Assembly (NCBI GenBank): GCA_035297365.1
Contig: DATGZA010000014.1
Span: forward strand, 64,001-128,000
DNA length: 64,000 bases
From: Nitrososphaeraceae archaeon
GTDB lineage: Archaea; Thermoproteota; Nitrososphaeria; Nitrososphaerales; Nitrososphaeraceae
Direction of reading: 5' to 3'
Below the pieces are notes generated by a model, which saw nothing but the letters and a program-made list of their open reading frames with translations, was not told the origin of the DNA and searched no databases. The first letter of the stretch is position 1; each line of letters starts with the position of its first letter. Positions 8,548-19,508 of this stretch are shown in pieces. A program made the translations under genes and the position numbers.

Positions 8548-9137
8548 TCTGACGAATTACTAATTATTAAATTAACTAATTTCTTAGTACAATGTTCCAA
8601 GTGATTCTCATTATTTTGAACAATTTTAAAAGGAGCACCAGATATTACTGAACAACTTGAAATAAGCATCTTTGACACATCTATTTCGTTTTGAATTGAC
8701 TCGATTGATATTATATCCCTATCTCTTGAAGAATCATTTTGCCGCCTGTGATATATTTCTTCAGGCTTAGCGATAATCAAAACCAAGTTTGAAGGTTTAA
8801 GTAGATTTAGAAGATCCAATGGTAAACCAGGGTAATATCCTTCAAATGTGGTGATAAACAAATGCGTATCGATTATTACAATCTCAGATATTATTTCAGA
8901 GATTCTAGTTGCAGCTAACCTTTGAAGATTTTTTTGATCCTCAATCTGAAGTCTTCGAATTTCGTCTCTATTTTTTATATTAACTCTTTTGGCTTCCTCA
9001 AGCATTATCTTTCCGAATTCTGCCAAAGATGTTTTTATCCCGAGTTGTTCTAAAGACTTTTTTACTTCAGATACAATAGTAGTTTTTCCCACACCGGGGA
9101 TTCCAACTACAATAATTCGTTTATTCTTTTCTACCAA
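8544..9137 (-). CDS. adkA: Archaeal adenylate kinase
   Basis: GIPGVGKTT, IDTH, GYYPGLP motifs. Confidence 0.93.
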   Translation of the reverse strand: MVEKNKRIIVVGIPGVGKTTIVSEVKKSLEQLGIKTSLAEFGKIMLEEAKRVNIKNRDEIRRLQIEDQKNLQRLAATRISEIISEIVIIDTHLFITTFEGYYPGLPLDLLNLLKPSNLVLIIAKPEEIYHRRQNDSSRDRDIISIESIQNEIDVSKMLISSCSVISGAPFKIVQNNENHLEHCTKKLVNLIISNSSE

Positions 9138-10554
9138 TTAAAGCCGCCAGTTTGGGCATATTAGTATCTACTTTTTCTCTTATGAGGAGATTATAGTAAT
9201 TCACAAGAATATCTACCATCAACAGCAATCCAATACCCCCACCAAATAAACCCAAAACGTCTGACACGGATGCTAATAAACCTATAGCTACTCCACCGAT
9301 AATAGTTACTGAGGGGATATACTTATCTAAAACATTCTGAACAGAATTTTGAGATCTTCTAAACCCTGGTATTTGTACATCAGCATCAAGGAGGTTTTTT
9401 GCAGCAGATTTAGCAGAGAGTCCCCCTAATTCAACCCATAATCTACCAAAAACAGTAACGATGGCCGTAATAAATATGATATTAACTACAGCTCTAATTG
9501 GGTCCTGAGCAGCGACATCGAGGCCTCTAGGGGTGGTGATATAATACAATAAACCACCAATAGGAGATTGTTGCTGTGCAGGATCAAACTGCGCTATCCA
9601 ATTAAAAAAAGGATTATCGTTTTCTGGATTGTAATTTGCCCAAAGCATTTGGCCCATAAATATTGCATTAGCTACCAAGGCAGTGGACAAAATTACAGGT
9701 ATATTAGATACGTATAGCATTTTTATTGGATAAACCGCAGTAAATCCCCTATACTTAGTTGACACTATAGGAATATCAATGTGAATGCCCTGAGTATACA
9801 CCAGAAGAGCAAGTACCCCCCCAGTTAGGATGAATGTGAACACACTTGGTAATTGACCACTCCTAAAGAAAACATCAGAAAGATCACCATGTGCTGCAGA
9901 GTCAATAATGAATGGGATTATGCCAACAGGTCCATCTGGACCCGCAACAGGGGTAAATACACTCCATAAGATGGTTTGCGCGACTCCAGCCGCGATAAAA
10001 AGACTAATACCAGAACCCAATCCCCAGCCTTTTTGTATTAATTCATCCAACAACATTACAATTAGACTAGTAAATATCAACTGAGCAATGAGAACATAGG
10101 TATATGCAGGAGAAGCTACCAGGGGACCGTAAACACTAGCGCCATATAGACCTCCCTCAGCGCAAATAACCATAATAGTAACTAACTTAGTTGCAGAAGT
10201 GAAAAGTGCTCTATCATCAGGATTTTTGAAATTTAATTTTAGAATATCTGAGCCTTTAAGTAATTGCATTAGAAGCCCTGCAGTAACAATTGGTCCAATA
10301 CCAAGTTCCAGAATAGTTCCTTGTTGTGCAGCAAATATAACACGAGCAAATGCTAGGAAGTCAAATTGAGGTTCATCAGTAACACCATAAAGGGGTACTT
10401 GACCCATAACAAGATATGCAAATACTGCTATACCACACCAAACAAATTTCTCTGTAAGAGTTATTTTCTTCTTTGGCTTTTCTACCTGAGGAATATAACG
10501 GGATATAGTTTTAATAGACTTACGTATAAATCCCTCATTCTGAACTGTACTCAT
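9121..10554 (-). CDS. secY: Preprotein translocase SecY/Sec61alpha
   Basis: LELGIGPIVTAGL, KGWGLGSGISLFI, YVSNIPVIL, IPGFRR motifs. Confidence 0.97.
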   Translation of the reverse strand: MSTVQNEGFIRKSIKTISRYIPQVEKPKKKITLTEKFVWCGIAVFAYLVMGQVPLYGVTDEPQFDFLAFARVIFAAQQGTILELGIGPIVTAGLLMQLLKGSDILKLNFKNPDDRALFTSATKLVTIMVICAEGGLYGASVYGPLVASPAYTYVLIAQLIFTSLIVMLLDELIQKGWGLGSGISLFIAAGVAQTILWSVFTPVAGPDGPVGIIPFIIDSAAHGDLSDVFFRSGQLPSVFTFILTGGVLALLVYTQGIHIDIPIVSTKYRGFTAVYPIKMLYVSNIPVILSTALVANAIFMGQMLWANYNPENDNPFFNWIAQFDPAQQQSPIGGLLYYITTPRGLDVAAQDPIRAVVNIIFITAIVTVFGRLWVELGGLSAKSAAKNLLDADVQIPGFRRSQNSVQNVLDKYIPSVTIIGGVAIGLLASVSDVLGLFGGGIGLLLMVDILVNYYNLLIREKVDTNMPKLAALIGRKE

Positions 10555-10969
10555 TGTAAATTACGTTCCCCCCAACTGCCTGAATTTTTTCCAAGGCTTT
10601 TTTTGAAATTCTGCCGATTTTGATAGTTAATTTTGATTTTATTTTACCTGAGCCTAATAACTTGTCATAACCAAGTGAAGTTAAATCAAAAAAATTCTGA
10701 TGCTTGGCATTATCTTTATATTTATTATATAAAGAATCAAGATCCCTTAAATTTATCCATTTTTTCACATAATTTTTATGATGAGAATTACTTTGACTGT
10801 GACCAAAGTGATCTGGTTCCTCGATAACAGTTCTTATCCAGAAATGTTTATGCTTTCCAGCTTGTCCAACACCACCTCTAGATCCCGATTGACGGTGTTG
10901 TCCTATCTGACCCCACCCGCAATACCTAGTTCCTCTTTGTCTCCTACTTTTTCTTAATCTAGTGGCCAT
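10535..10969 (-). CDS. rpl15: 50S ribosomal protein uL15
   Basis: RKSRRQRGTRYCGWG..GSRGGVGQAG, KLLGSG. Confidence 0.95.
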   Translation of the reverse strand: MATRLRKSRRQRGTRYCGWGQIGQHRQSGSRGGVGQAGKHKHFWIRTVIEEPDHFGHSQSNSHHKNYVKKWINLRDLDSLYNKYKDNAKHQNFFDLTSLGYDKLLGSGKIKSKLTIKIGRISKKALEKIQAVGGNVIYNEYSSE

Positions 10970-11053
10970 AACCTATATCCTCAAACATATTGAATTATTA
11001 AAAACAGTTAGCATAATCATTCTTATTCTTTGATAAATAAAATTTTGCAGTAT

Positions 11054-11524
11054 TTATATCATTCTCCTAATAAGATCAATAAGTTCATCATTTTCGCCAA
11101 GTATGCCCTTTTGTGAGTACTGAGTTTTTGTTTTTCTTTTAAAACCACCTTTTGGAGAATTTAGGGAGAACCAAGGTTTAATTTCTTTAATATCGGATAA
11201 ACTAAGATTATTTTCGTATATAGATTTTGCCAATTCATCTAATGACTTGAATGTTGAAGGAAGATTACCAATATTGTGGTTTCTTAATCCACTAACTTTC
11301 CCTCTTCGCTCTAATAATTCTTGGATTATAGAACCATCTACAGATTTCCAAGCCACCATGTCTTTAACCTTCCTTAACATCCCCAAGGTCTGAGAATCCT
11401 CTTTAATAATAGTAGCGTTGAATCTTCTCCTTAGATTAAGATTCTCTAATGTTTTTTCAGCCCAAATTGGAGCATTTACCAATCCACGTATTCTTATTAC
11501 TAAATAAACCATCTTACCCATCAC
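11054..11524 (-). CDS. rpl30p: 50S ribosomal protein uL30
   Basis: VIRIRG..GMLRKVKD..LNSPKGGF. Confidence 0.95.
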   Translation of the reverse strand: MMGKMVYLVIRIRGLVNAPIWAEKTLENLNLRRRFNATIIKEDSQTLGMLRKVKDMVAWKSVDGSIIQELLERRGKVSGLRNHNIGNLPSTFKSLDELAKSIYENNLSLSDIKEIKPWFSLNSPKGGFKRKTKTQYSQKGILGENDELIDLIRRMI

Positions 11525-12165
11525 CCCGCTGCATACGTGCTTCTTAAAGCATCAAAAATAGCCTTTGTAGTAGACGCCATTGTATTTGTAGCTCCGAAGG
11601 ATTTTGTCCATGCATCATTTAACCCAGCTAACTTGAGTAATGATCTAATGTTTTCACCAGCAACCAGACCCAGACCTCGAGGCCCGGGTAATATTTCAAT
11701 TGTGACACTGCCACCTCTGCCTGATACCTTAAAAGGTATTGAATGAAGTTGATTACATCTACACTCCCAACTTCCACATCCAAGTTTAATTGGAATAACA
11801 TTTAGATATGCAGAATTAATTGCCTTATCAATCGCATTTCGCATTTGTGCTGCTTTCCCCTTCCCTATTCCAAACCATCCATTTTCATTACCCACAGCCA
11901 CTAATGCATTGAACCTTGTCATTTCACCTGCGTCAGTTTGTTTTTGTACTATTCCTACATGCACTACCTGGCTTTTAATATCGGGAAGAAGATGTTTAAC
12001 TATTTCTGATTCTTGAATCCTCATTCCATTTTCAAACACTTGTTCCATTGAACTGATCTTCCCTCCAGCAACCATTATCCCTAAGGTTGTCCTTGGTTTC
12101 CATTCTACTTGTTTTTCGTCCCTACCTCTTGTATATTGTGAATTTTTTGTAAATTGGTGACTCAT
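11521..12165 (-). CDS. rps5: 30S ribosomal protein uS5
   Basis: WKPRTTLG, VQKQTDAG, GCGSWEC, PRGLGLVA. Confidence 0.96.
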   Translation of the reverse strand: MSHQFTKNSQYTRGRDEKQVEWKPRTTLGIMVAGGKISSMEQVFENGMRIQESEIVKHLLPDIKSQVVHVGIVQKQTDAGEMTRFNALVAVGNENGWFGIGKGKAAQMRNAIDKAINSAYLNVIPIKLGCGSWECRCNQLHSIPFKVSGRGGSVTIEILPGPRGLGLVAGENIRSLLKLAGLNDAWTKSFGATNTMASTTKAIFDALRSTYAAG

Positions 12166-12210
12166 TTAATAAATATCTCCTTTATTAATACAAGTTTCAT
12201 CTTCTTTTCA

Positions 12211-12834
12211 TTACGAATTGTTATCTGCTATTTTATCTTTATTGTTAGAGGTCATTTCAAAATCTGTCGTACTTAAATTAGATATTTTCTTTTTAATTTC
12301 TTCAAAATGTGTTTTATAATGTTCAGGTTCTAATCCTTTTTTTATTATATTGGAAAACCTCATCATGTACTGATCATTATTTCCCTTCAATGAAAAAGCG
12401 TAAGTTGATATATGTTCCCCGCTAAGTCTATCTTCTGCCGGAATTGACTTTTCGGATGAAGGTACCTTGATACCACCATCTATAATTCCTTTGAGACAGG
12501 CAGCAGTTCTTTGAGTAAATGTATCTCTTCCAGTATACAGTACTGCATTTTTAACTCCTTTAAAGGAGCCTTTTTTCCCTAATAACAAGCCAGTAAGATA
12601 GCAAGCTGGAAGAGAATTATTGGAACCCTTCCATCCAAAACCTTCCAAGTTTGTAGAATGAGCAAAGGCAATTACCTTATCCCCGACGATATTAGGTTCA
12701 AGCAACTGCGTTAGAATATTTTGATTACTTAATTTTACTGTTATAAATTGTTGGTTACTTTGCAATAACGAAGAACGCTTATGATAATTAGTTTTTTTCT
12801 CTCTTATTCGCTTTAAAGTGTGAACATACGTCAA
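12211..12834 (-). CDS. rpl18: 50S ribosomal protein uL18
   Basis: KTNYHKR, GWKGS.NSLPACYLTG. Confidence 0.94.
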   Translation of the reverse strand: MTYVHTLKRIREKKTNYHKRSSLLQSNQQFITVKLSNQNILTQLLEPNIVGDKVIAFAHSTNLEGFGWKGSNNSLPACYLTGLLLGKKGSFKGVKNAVLYTGRDTFTQRTAACLKGIIDGGIKVPSSEKSIPAEDRLSGEHISTYAFSLKGNNDQYMMRFSNIIKKGLEPEHYKTHFEEIKKKISNLSTTDFEMTSNNKDKIADNNS

Positions 12835-12912
12835 TACATATCATCTCCAATTTGTTGAATATTTGATGCAGAGTATCAAAATCACTTATAAACGTTTTAT
12901 TAAAACAATTAA

Positions 12913-13698
12913 CTAAACAGTCTTAGAACTTATTCTATTGGCGATTAAAGATGCAAATGCTCCTGCACCAATTCCATTATCTATATTTACCACAGTGAGT
13001 CCCAATGCACAACTTTGAAGCATCGTGGAAAGGGCTGCAATACCATTGGAGCCAAAACCATATCCTATAGAAGTAGGTACTCCTATAACGGGTATGTCTA
13101 CACATGATGATACTATTGAAGCTAAAGCTCCTTCCATTCCTGCGACTACAACAATTGCATGCACGTTATCAGATATCATTTTTTTGAGAGACGGAAAAAT
13201 TCGATGAATACCCGCTATACCTACATCATATGAAACAATTGCATCACATCCCATTGCTTTAGATACTAATCGAGCTTCTTCTGCAATGCCCACATCTGAT
13301 GTACCAGCAGAAAAAATACCGATTTTGGAATTCGGATTAGTTTTCATTGCTCGATCTTTTGATATCAGAATAGTAGAACTATTTTTACCAATCTCAAAAA
13401 ATAGATTATTTTTTCTAGAAAATTCTTGTATCTTCTTGATGTATGCCTTTGGTGTTCTACTGATAATTACCTTTTCATTTTTTTTTATGATCCGCTTAAG
13501 AATAACAAGAATGTCTAAATATGATTTTCTTTCTCCATAAATAATCTCTGGAATACCTCTTCTTATTTCTCTATGTATATCCAAGTTTGCGATGTTATTT
13601 CCAATATTTTCTACATAGTTATATGAAATTATTTTTTTGAAGTCCTCCAGGGAAATCTTTCCAGTATTGTATTCTTTTAGAAGAATATCTAAATCCAT
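12913..13698 (-). CDS. larB: Nickel-pincer cofactor biosynthesis protein LarB
   Basis: DIHREIRRGIPEIIYGE, AGTSD, DVGIAG, AGMEGAL, PTSIGYG, VVNIDNG. Confidence 0.93.
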   Translation of the reverse strand: MDLDILLKEYNTGKISLEDFKKIISYNYVENIGNNIANLDIHREIRRGIPEIIYGERKSYLDILVILKRIIKKNEKVIISRTPKAYIKKIQEFSRKNNLFFEIGKNSSTILISKDRAMKTNPNSKIGIFSAGTSDVGIAEEARLVSKAMGCDAIVSYDVGIAGIHRIFPSLKKMISDNVHAIVVVAGMEGALASIVSSCVDIPVIGVPTSIGYGFGSNGIAALSTMLQSCALGLTVVNIDNGIGAGAFASLIANRISSKTV

Positions 13699-13706
13699 TG
13701 TTATAT

Positions 13707-14621
13707 TTACAATCCTAATGATTTTATCGCTTCTTTAACACTTTTTACTCCTAGGTCAAATATGGACCTTTCAGATTTGTCTAGATCAAGTTCGATTATT
13801 TTTTCTATTCCTTGAGATCCTAATACCACTGGAACTCCAATACACAATTCTGATATACCATATTCTCCTTCCACATATGCCGAGACTGGAATAACCATCT
13901 TTTTGTCCTTTACAATACTTTCAATCATGGTTGCAACAGCATTCCCGGGAGCATATACAGTTGCACCCTTTAGAGAAATTACTTCAGCTGCCACACTCTT
14001 AGTTTTTTCAAATATTTTGCTTGATTCTTCACCAGATAATAGGTCTTTTAGCGGTATTCCACCGATAGAAGAAAATCTTATCAAAGGTAACATATTTTCT
14101 CCGTGCTCCCCTATTACCATAGCCTGAATCGATTCCCTGGAATAGCCTTTAACGTCATGAATAAAACTTTTGAATCTCGATAAATCAAGCATACCGCCCA
14201 TCCCCATTACTTTGCTTTTCGGAAAATTGGTAGTTTTTAAAGCTAAATAGGTCATGGGATCCAATGGATTTGTTACTACGATCAAATTACTATTTTTCGC
14301 ATATAATGAAATTTTATTAGAAACATCTTTCACAACAGTAGCATTTCTATTCAAAAGATCCATTCGAGTCATTCCTGGTTTTCTTCCTATGCCAGCAACC
14401 AAGACGACAAAATTTGAATTCCGCATATCTTCATAATCATTCGAACCTTTGATTCTTGGATCAAATCCTCTTTCAGATAATTGATGATTAATATCCATAG
14501 CTTCTCCTTGGGGAAGTCCTTCGATTACATCTAACAATAAAACATCATCTAATTCTCTTAATGCACAATTTAATGCCACAGAAGCACCAACTCTTCCGGA
14601 TCCTATTATTGTAATTGTCAT
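13707..14621 (-). CDS. mdh: Malate dehydrogenase (LDH-like)
   Basis: [32 protein letters not shown]. Confidence 0.95.
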   Translation of the reverse strand: MTITIIGSGRVGASVALNCALRELDDVLLLDVIEGLPQGEAMDINHQLSERGFDPRIKGSNDYEDMRNSNFVVLVAGIGRKPGMTRMDLLNRNATVVKDVSNKISLYAKNSNLIVVTNPLDPMTYLALKTTNFPKSKVMGMGGMLDLSRFKSFIHDVKGYSRESIQAMVIGEHGENMLPLIRFSSIGGIPLKDLLSGEESSKIFEKTKSVAAEVISLKGATVYAPGNAVATMIESIVKDKKMVIPVSAYVEGEYGISELCIGVPVVLGSQGIEKIIELDLDKSERSIFDLGVKSVKEAIKSLGL

Positions 14622-14777
14622 TTTGATCGATTGTTCATTTAGACAAATTATAATCTTACTAAAATAGTTTCTAATTAAAATGGTCCGTTTGAGATAATAA
14701 CTTCTTTATAGTATCTTAATAACTATATATAAGTAGGATAGTGTACTTCCCAAAAATAATATTAAAAGGAGTACAGA

Positions 14778-16019
14778 ATGTCAAATATTACAATAATTGA
14801 CCCTCAGATCTCAGGGATTTCAGGCGACATGTTAATGTCTGCACTAGTGGATGCAGGCGCTGATAAAAAGAAAATTATTGATTCTATATATAAATGTGAA
14901 AAATATATTACTGGAAGTAAAATAGTTGACGCTAAATTTGAAAAGATAACTGTTCATGGTTTTAAGGCAACGAGATTTTTTTTTAAATATCAGGATAAAA
15001 CTTTGAAAAGAAAAGCAATTGAGATGTACAAGATTCTATCGAAGTGCGCTGAAAATTTAAATCTAGACCCACGAGCGAATAGTTTTTTACTGAACTCGTT
15101 AAAAACTTTAATAAATGCTGAAAGTAGAATTCATGGCAAACCTGTTGAAAAGATTCATTTGCATGAAGCTTCTAGTATAGACACATTTGTGGATTTAATT
15201 GGATGTTCTATTGCACTGGAAAACTTGAAAATTTTTGACTCAAGAATAGTTACGACTCATATTTCAGTTGGTAGCGGACTAACAGATTTTTCTCATGGAA
15301 CGGTTGCTAATCCTACTAACGCAATTTTAGAAATATTCCGAGGGAGATCATTTGTTTTATCTGGCAACAATCTTGGAGAGATTACCACACCAACTGGGGC
15401 ATCCATGCTAGTAAATCTTACATCAGAATGTGTAGATTATTACCCTAAATTTGTTCCGATTAAGATTGGACTAGGTAATGGTCAGAAGGAATTTCTTACC
15501 TGTCCGAACATTCTCAGAGTAATAATAGCAAAGGATCCTATTAATTCTAAAACAAATTACGAGGATGTAGTACTATTAGAAACCAATATTGATGATTTAT
15601 CTGGAGAAATATTAGGCAATTTGATTGAGGTAATTATGAAGGAAGGAGCAAAAGATGTCACAGTAATTCCTGGGATAACAAAGAAAAATAGACCTGTTCA
15701 CATATTAAGAATAATTACTGATAGATTGAAAATAAATGACATTGCTGAGAAAATATATATTGAATCTGGCACTTCAGGCATTAGAATTCAAGACTTGAAT
15801 AGAATAGCATTGTTTAGAAATATTATAACTATGCCGATATCCGTAAAAAACAAAACTTACAATGTGAGAGTAAAAATTGTAAAAGATCCACGTAATAAAA
15901 TAATAAACGTAAAACCCGAATATGACGATCTGAAAAAGATAGCGGAGGCTAGTGGTATGTCATTAAGAAAAGTTATGAATTACGCTATATGTCAAACAAT
16001 GTCAAAATTTGATGAGTGA
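14778..16019 (+). CDS. larC: Nickel insertase LarC
   Basis: GISGDM, IHLHE, EITTPTGA, ETNIDD, KKNRP, KPEYDD. Confidence 0.93.
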   Translation: MSNITIIDPQISGISGDMLMSALVDAGADKKKIIDSIYKCEKYITGSKIVDAKFEKITVHGFKATRFFFKYQDKTLKRKAIEMYKILSKCAENLNLDPRANSFLLNSLKTLINAESRIHGKPVEKIHLHEASSIDTFVDLIGCSIALENLKIFDSRIVTTHISVGSGLTDFSHGTVANPTNAILEIFRGRSFVLSGNNLGEITTPTGASMLVNLTSECVDYYPKFVPIKIGLGNGQKEFLTCPNILRVIIAKDPINSKTNYEDVVLLETNIDDLSGEILGNLIEVIMKEGAKDVTVIPGITKKNRPVHILRIITDRLKINDIAEKIYIESGTSGIRIQDLNRIALFRNIITMPISVKNKTYNVRVKIVKDPRNKIINVKPEYDDLKKIAEASGMSLRKVMNYAICQTMSKFDE

Positions 16020-16840
16020 TTGTTGACATGCACGATTATGAAATGAGTTTCATTAGATTAAAAGAATGGTTTAGTGAAAATACAGATGGCAGGGTTGTGG
16101 TAGCGTTATCTGGAGGGGTAGATAGTGCAGTCGTTGCTCTGGCTGCAAAACATACACTACAAGATAATGCATTAGCTATCACAGCAAATTATAAGACCTT
16201 AGCTGAATCAGAAATGAATACTGCAATAAATATAGCTAAGGAAATAGGTATTAGACACATAATAATAGAATATAGTGAACTAGATGATCCGAAATTCACA
16301 AGAAACGATAATTTGAGATGTTACTATTGTAGAAAATCTCTTTCAGAATATCTTTTATCTTATTCAAAATTATTCAATATTTCGTGTATTGTTGACGGTA
16401 CTAATGTGGATGACCTGGTGGATTATAGACCAGGAATAAAAGCCCTAAGAGAATACGGAATAAAAAGTCCGCTATTAGACATCAAAATAGAGAAGCATAT
16501 GATAAGAAAAATTGCTAAAAATTTTGGTCTATCCATTTCCAATAAGCCATCAAATTCATGTCTTGCATCAAGGATACCATATGGCAAAAAGATCACACAA
16601 GAAAAGTTAACAAAAATAGAGAACGCAGAGAAGATAGTAAAAGAATTATTCAAAGTTGAACAAGTACGGGTAAGAGATCATGAGAAGATTGCACGAATTG
16701 AGATAGGAACTGATGAATTTGGAAAAATGTTTGATTCCAATAAATTAAAAATATTGAATTCCAAATTAAGAGAGATTGGATTCCAATATGTTACTTTAGA
16801 TTTAGCAGGGTATAAATCTGGCAATTTGGTTGTGATATAA
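16016..16840 (+). CDS. larE: ATP-dependent sulfur insertase LarE
   Basis: PP-loop SGGVDS, RCYYC, DGTN.DD..DYRPG, SNSCLASRIPYG. Confidence 0.93.
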   Translation: MIVDMHDYEMSFIRLKEWFSENTDGRVVVALSGGVDSAVVALAAKHTLQDNALAITANYKTLAESEMNTAINIAKEIGIRHIIIEYSELDDPKFTRNDNLRCYYCRKSLSEYLLSYSKLFNISCIVDGTNVDDLVDYRPGIKALREYGIKSPLLDIKIEKHMIRKIAKNFGLSISNKPSNSCLASRIPYGKKITQEKLTKIENAEKIVKELFKVEQVRVRDHEKIARIEIGTDEFGKMFDSNKLKILNSKLREIGFQYVTLDLAGYKSGNLVVI

Positions 16841-16858
16841 TAATTTTTGAACGAGGGA

Positions 16859-18052
16859 ATGACCGATAAGCAAATTATTTATTTGGATAATGCAGCTTCT
16901 ACACCTGTTATCGAAGAAGTAATTGACGAAATGATTCCATACCTGGGTAATTTATTTGGAAATCCTTCTTCAGTTCATCAATTTGGTAGGAAATCAAAAC
17001 TGGCTATCCAAAGGTCTAGAAAAAAAGTTGCCGATTTAATAGGAGCAAAACCCAATGAGATTTTTTTTACATCTGGAGGAACGGAATCTGACAATCTTGC
17101 GCTTAAGGGTTTGAGCAAATTTTACAGAGATAAAGATAAAGATAAAAATCATATCATCACCAGCGTCATGGAACACGATGCAATTTTAGAAACATGCAGA
17201 GAGCTAGAAAATGATGGTTTTGATGTTACGTATTTAGAAGTTGGTAGAGAGGGTATAGTCAATCCCAAAACTATTAAAAAATTCCTGAGTAAAAGAACAA
17301 TTTTAGTGAGCATAATGTTGGTAAATAATGAAGTTGGAACTATCCAACCAGTTGGAAAATTAGCTGAAATAACTCATGAATATAACAAAAACATTATTTT
17401 TCATACTGACGCGGTTCAGGGTGTAGGTAAAATTCCAATAGATATTAACAATCTAAATGTTGATTCTTTGTCAATATCTTCACACAAGATAAATGGACCT
17501 AAAGGAGTAGGTGCACTTTATGTCAGAAATGAAATAGGGTTTAAACCTTTGATACACGGAGGTGGACAAGAATATGGATTACGATCTGGAACCGAAAATG
17601 TACATGGAATAATAGGGTTTGGAAAAGCCTGTGAAATTAGTTTAAAAAATTTAAAGAAAAATTGTGATTTTCTAACAAATTTGAGAAACTATCTGATTGA
17701 GAAGACCCTCAGTGAGGTGTCAGGTTCCCGTTTAAATGGATCCGTTGACAAGAGAATCCCAACCAATACGAATTTTACATTTTTTGGGATAAACGGAGAA
17801 GATCTAATAATAAAGTTAGATGAATATGGAATTTTAGCTTCAACTGGTTCTGCGTGTTCTATAAATAAAAAGAAAGCATCTCATGTTCTGAAAGCAATGG
17901 GGCTAGATCATGAGGAGATTTCAGGTTCTGTAAGATTTTCAATTGGAATACAGAATACGAAAGAAGAATTAGATAAAACGATCGACATTTTAGTAAAAAG
18001 AATAGAAGAATTGAGGGAGATATCTCCGTTTAAATTAAAATATTCTTTATAG
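16859..18052 (+). CDS. iscS: Cysteine desulfurase (IscS/NifS group)
   Basis: YLDNAAST, FTSGGTE, HTDAVQ, SSHK.GPKG, STGSAC; ATG at 16859 preferred over TTG at 16847. Confidence 0.93.
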   Translation: MTDKQIIYLDNAASTPVIEEVIDEMIPYLGNLFGNPSSVHQFGRKSKLAIQRSRKKVADLIGAKPNEIFFTSGGTESDNLALKGLSKFYRDKDKDKNHIITSVMEHDAILETCRELENDGFDVTYLEVGREGIVNPKTIKKFLSKRTILVSIMLVNNEVGTIQPVGKLAEITHEYNKNIIFHTDAVQGVGKIPIDINNLNVDSLSISSHKINGPKGVGALYVRNEIGFKPLIHGGGQEYGLRSGTENVHGIIGFGKACEISLKNLKKNCDFLTNLRNYLIEKTLSEVSGSRLNGSVDKRIPTNTNFTFFGINGEDLIIKLDEYGILASTGSACSINKKKASHVLKAMGLDHEEISGSVRFSIGIQNTKEELDKTIDILVKRIEELREISPFKLKYSL

Positions 18053-18093
18053 AAAAAATTTATTATTGGGATTGTTAAAATATTTATAACAAT

Positions 18094-18567
18094 ATGGAAC
18101 ATCAGATAAGTTTGAAATTAGGGGATATCGCTCCAGATTTTGAGATACCAGATATAAATTTGAAAAATATGAGATTGAGTGATATTAAAGACAAGAAAGT
18201 AATACTTGCATTCTTTCCAGCCGCTGAATCCCCAGTGTGTACTGCAGAGATGTGTAATTTCAGAGACTCTCTGAGTGAATTCAATAATAAAAATGTTCAA
18301 GTAATTGGAATCTCTGTAGATGGACCATTTGCAAATAAATCCTTTACTGAAAATCGTCATTTGAATTTTCCTGTATTAAGTGACTATAAAAGAGAAGTAA
18401 TAAAGAATTATGGCATAGTTATGAAGGATTTGGCTGTATTAAAAGACTACAATGCTGCAAAAAGGGCAATCTTTATTTTAGATAAAGATAAAAAAATATC
18501 ATATAAATGGATTTCTGATAATCCTTTGATAGAACCAAACTATGATGAGATAATGCAAAATTTATAA
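18094..18567 (+). CDS. Peroxiredoxin (BCP/PrxQ-like)
   Basis: FFPAAESPVCTAEMC active site. Confidence 0.9.
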   Translation: MEHQISLKLGDIAPDFEIPDINLKNMRLSDIKDKKVILAFFPAAESPVCTAEMCNFRDSLSEFNNKNVQVIGISVDGPFANKSFTENRHLNFPVLSDYKREVIKNYGIVMKDLAVLKDYNAAKRAIFILDKDKKISYKWISDNPLIEPNYDEIMQNL

Positions 18568-18992
18568 AAATTTTTATATTATTTTTGCTGATTCTTTGAG
18601 GTTCTGAGAAATTTTTAATAGTCGAACATAAAATCGATAACTATTTTGTTTAGATAATATCAAGGTTTTTAAAATTTCATTGAAATTACAAAAATTTTGT
18701 ATTATGCTGAGTTTTGAATGTTGTTGTAAATATATAGTATAAGAAAACCAAATAAGTTAAAAATGCACTAGATTTTTGGACACATGTTATATACTTGTTA
18801 ACGAACTTTTAATATTGAAAAGTTATAATTTTCCACTACATGAATTTTTTCTTTTATAATTGTATTTGATCAAATGCAAATACTATGTAATTTCTTTCTG
18901 CAAATATTCTATTTTTATTGATTGTTTTGAATTAGTCATAGTTGTAAATAGAGGTTTTAAAAATAATATGATGATAATATCATATTTGTCTA

Positions 18993-19508
18993 TTATTCTA
19001 TTATTGCAACAACTTCATACCTTGATACTGTTGATCCTTCACTAACTTTGATTTCCTTTAAAACACCGTCTTTATGGGCTTTTATAGCAACTTGCATTTT
19101 CATTGATTCTAGAATCACTATTGGATCTCCCTCCTTTATTGGTTCTCCCTTAGTACCGGAAATTTTGACCACACGACCAGGAATCTGACTTTTAACAATA
19201 TTTGCTTGACTTATGGAACCTTTTGATTTAAGAGATTTTTCAATGATTTCTGTTAATAATTTTGAATGTTTCTTGATTTCTATGTTGACCCCATCCACAT
19301 AAACCTTATATTTTGGTCCATCAGAATGTAAAATTTTTACATCATGAAAGGTATTGCCTAAAATAAATTCAAAACCAGATGTACTTGATTTCAAGAGTTT
19401 TAGTTCATAATCTTTATCATTTATTCTAAATACCATCTCTCCAGAACCTTTATTACGTATTACTTCTGCCTTAATAAGATCAGACTCACCCTCAAGTTGG
19501 AATTCCAC
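18993..19508 (-). CDS. accB: Biotin carboxyl carrier protein of acetyl/propionyl-CoA carboxylase
   Basis: ESMKM biotinylation motif. Confidence 0.93.
   Translation of the reverse strand: MEFQLEGESDLIKAEVIRNKGSGEMVFRINDKDYELKLLKSSTSGFEFILGNTFHDVKILHSDGPKYKVYVDGVNIEIKKHSKLLTEIIEKSLKSKGSISQANIVKSQIPGRVVKISGTKGEPIKEGDPIVILESMKMQVAIKAHKDGVLKEIKVSEGSTVSRYEVVAIIE

Noticed and set aside
18570-18990. 420-bp gap and ORF 18860-19045
   Set aside because: AT-rich convergent terminator region with no structure or coding signal recognised
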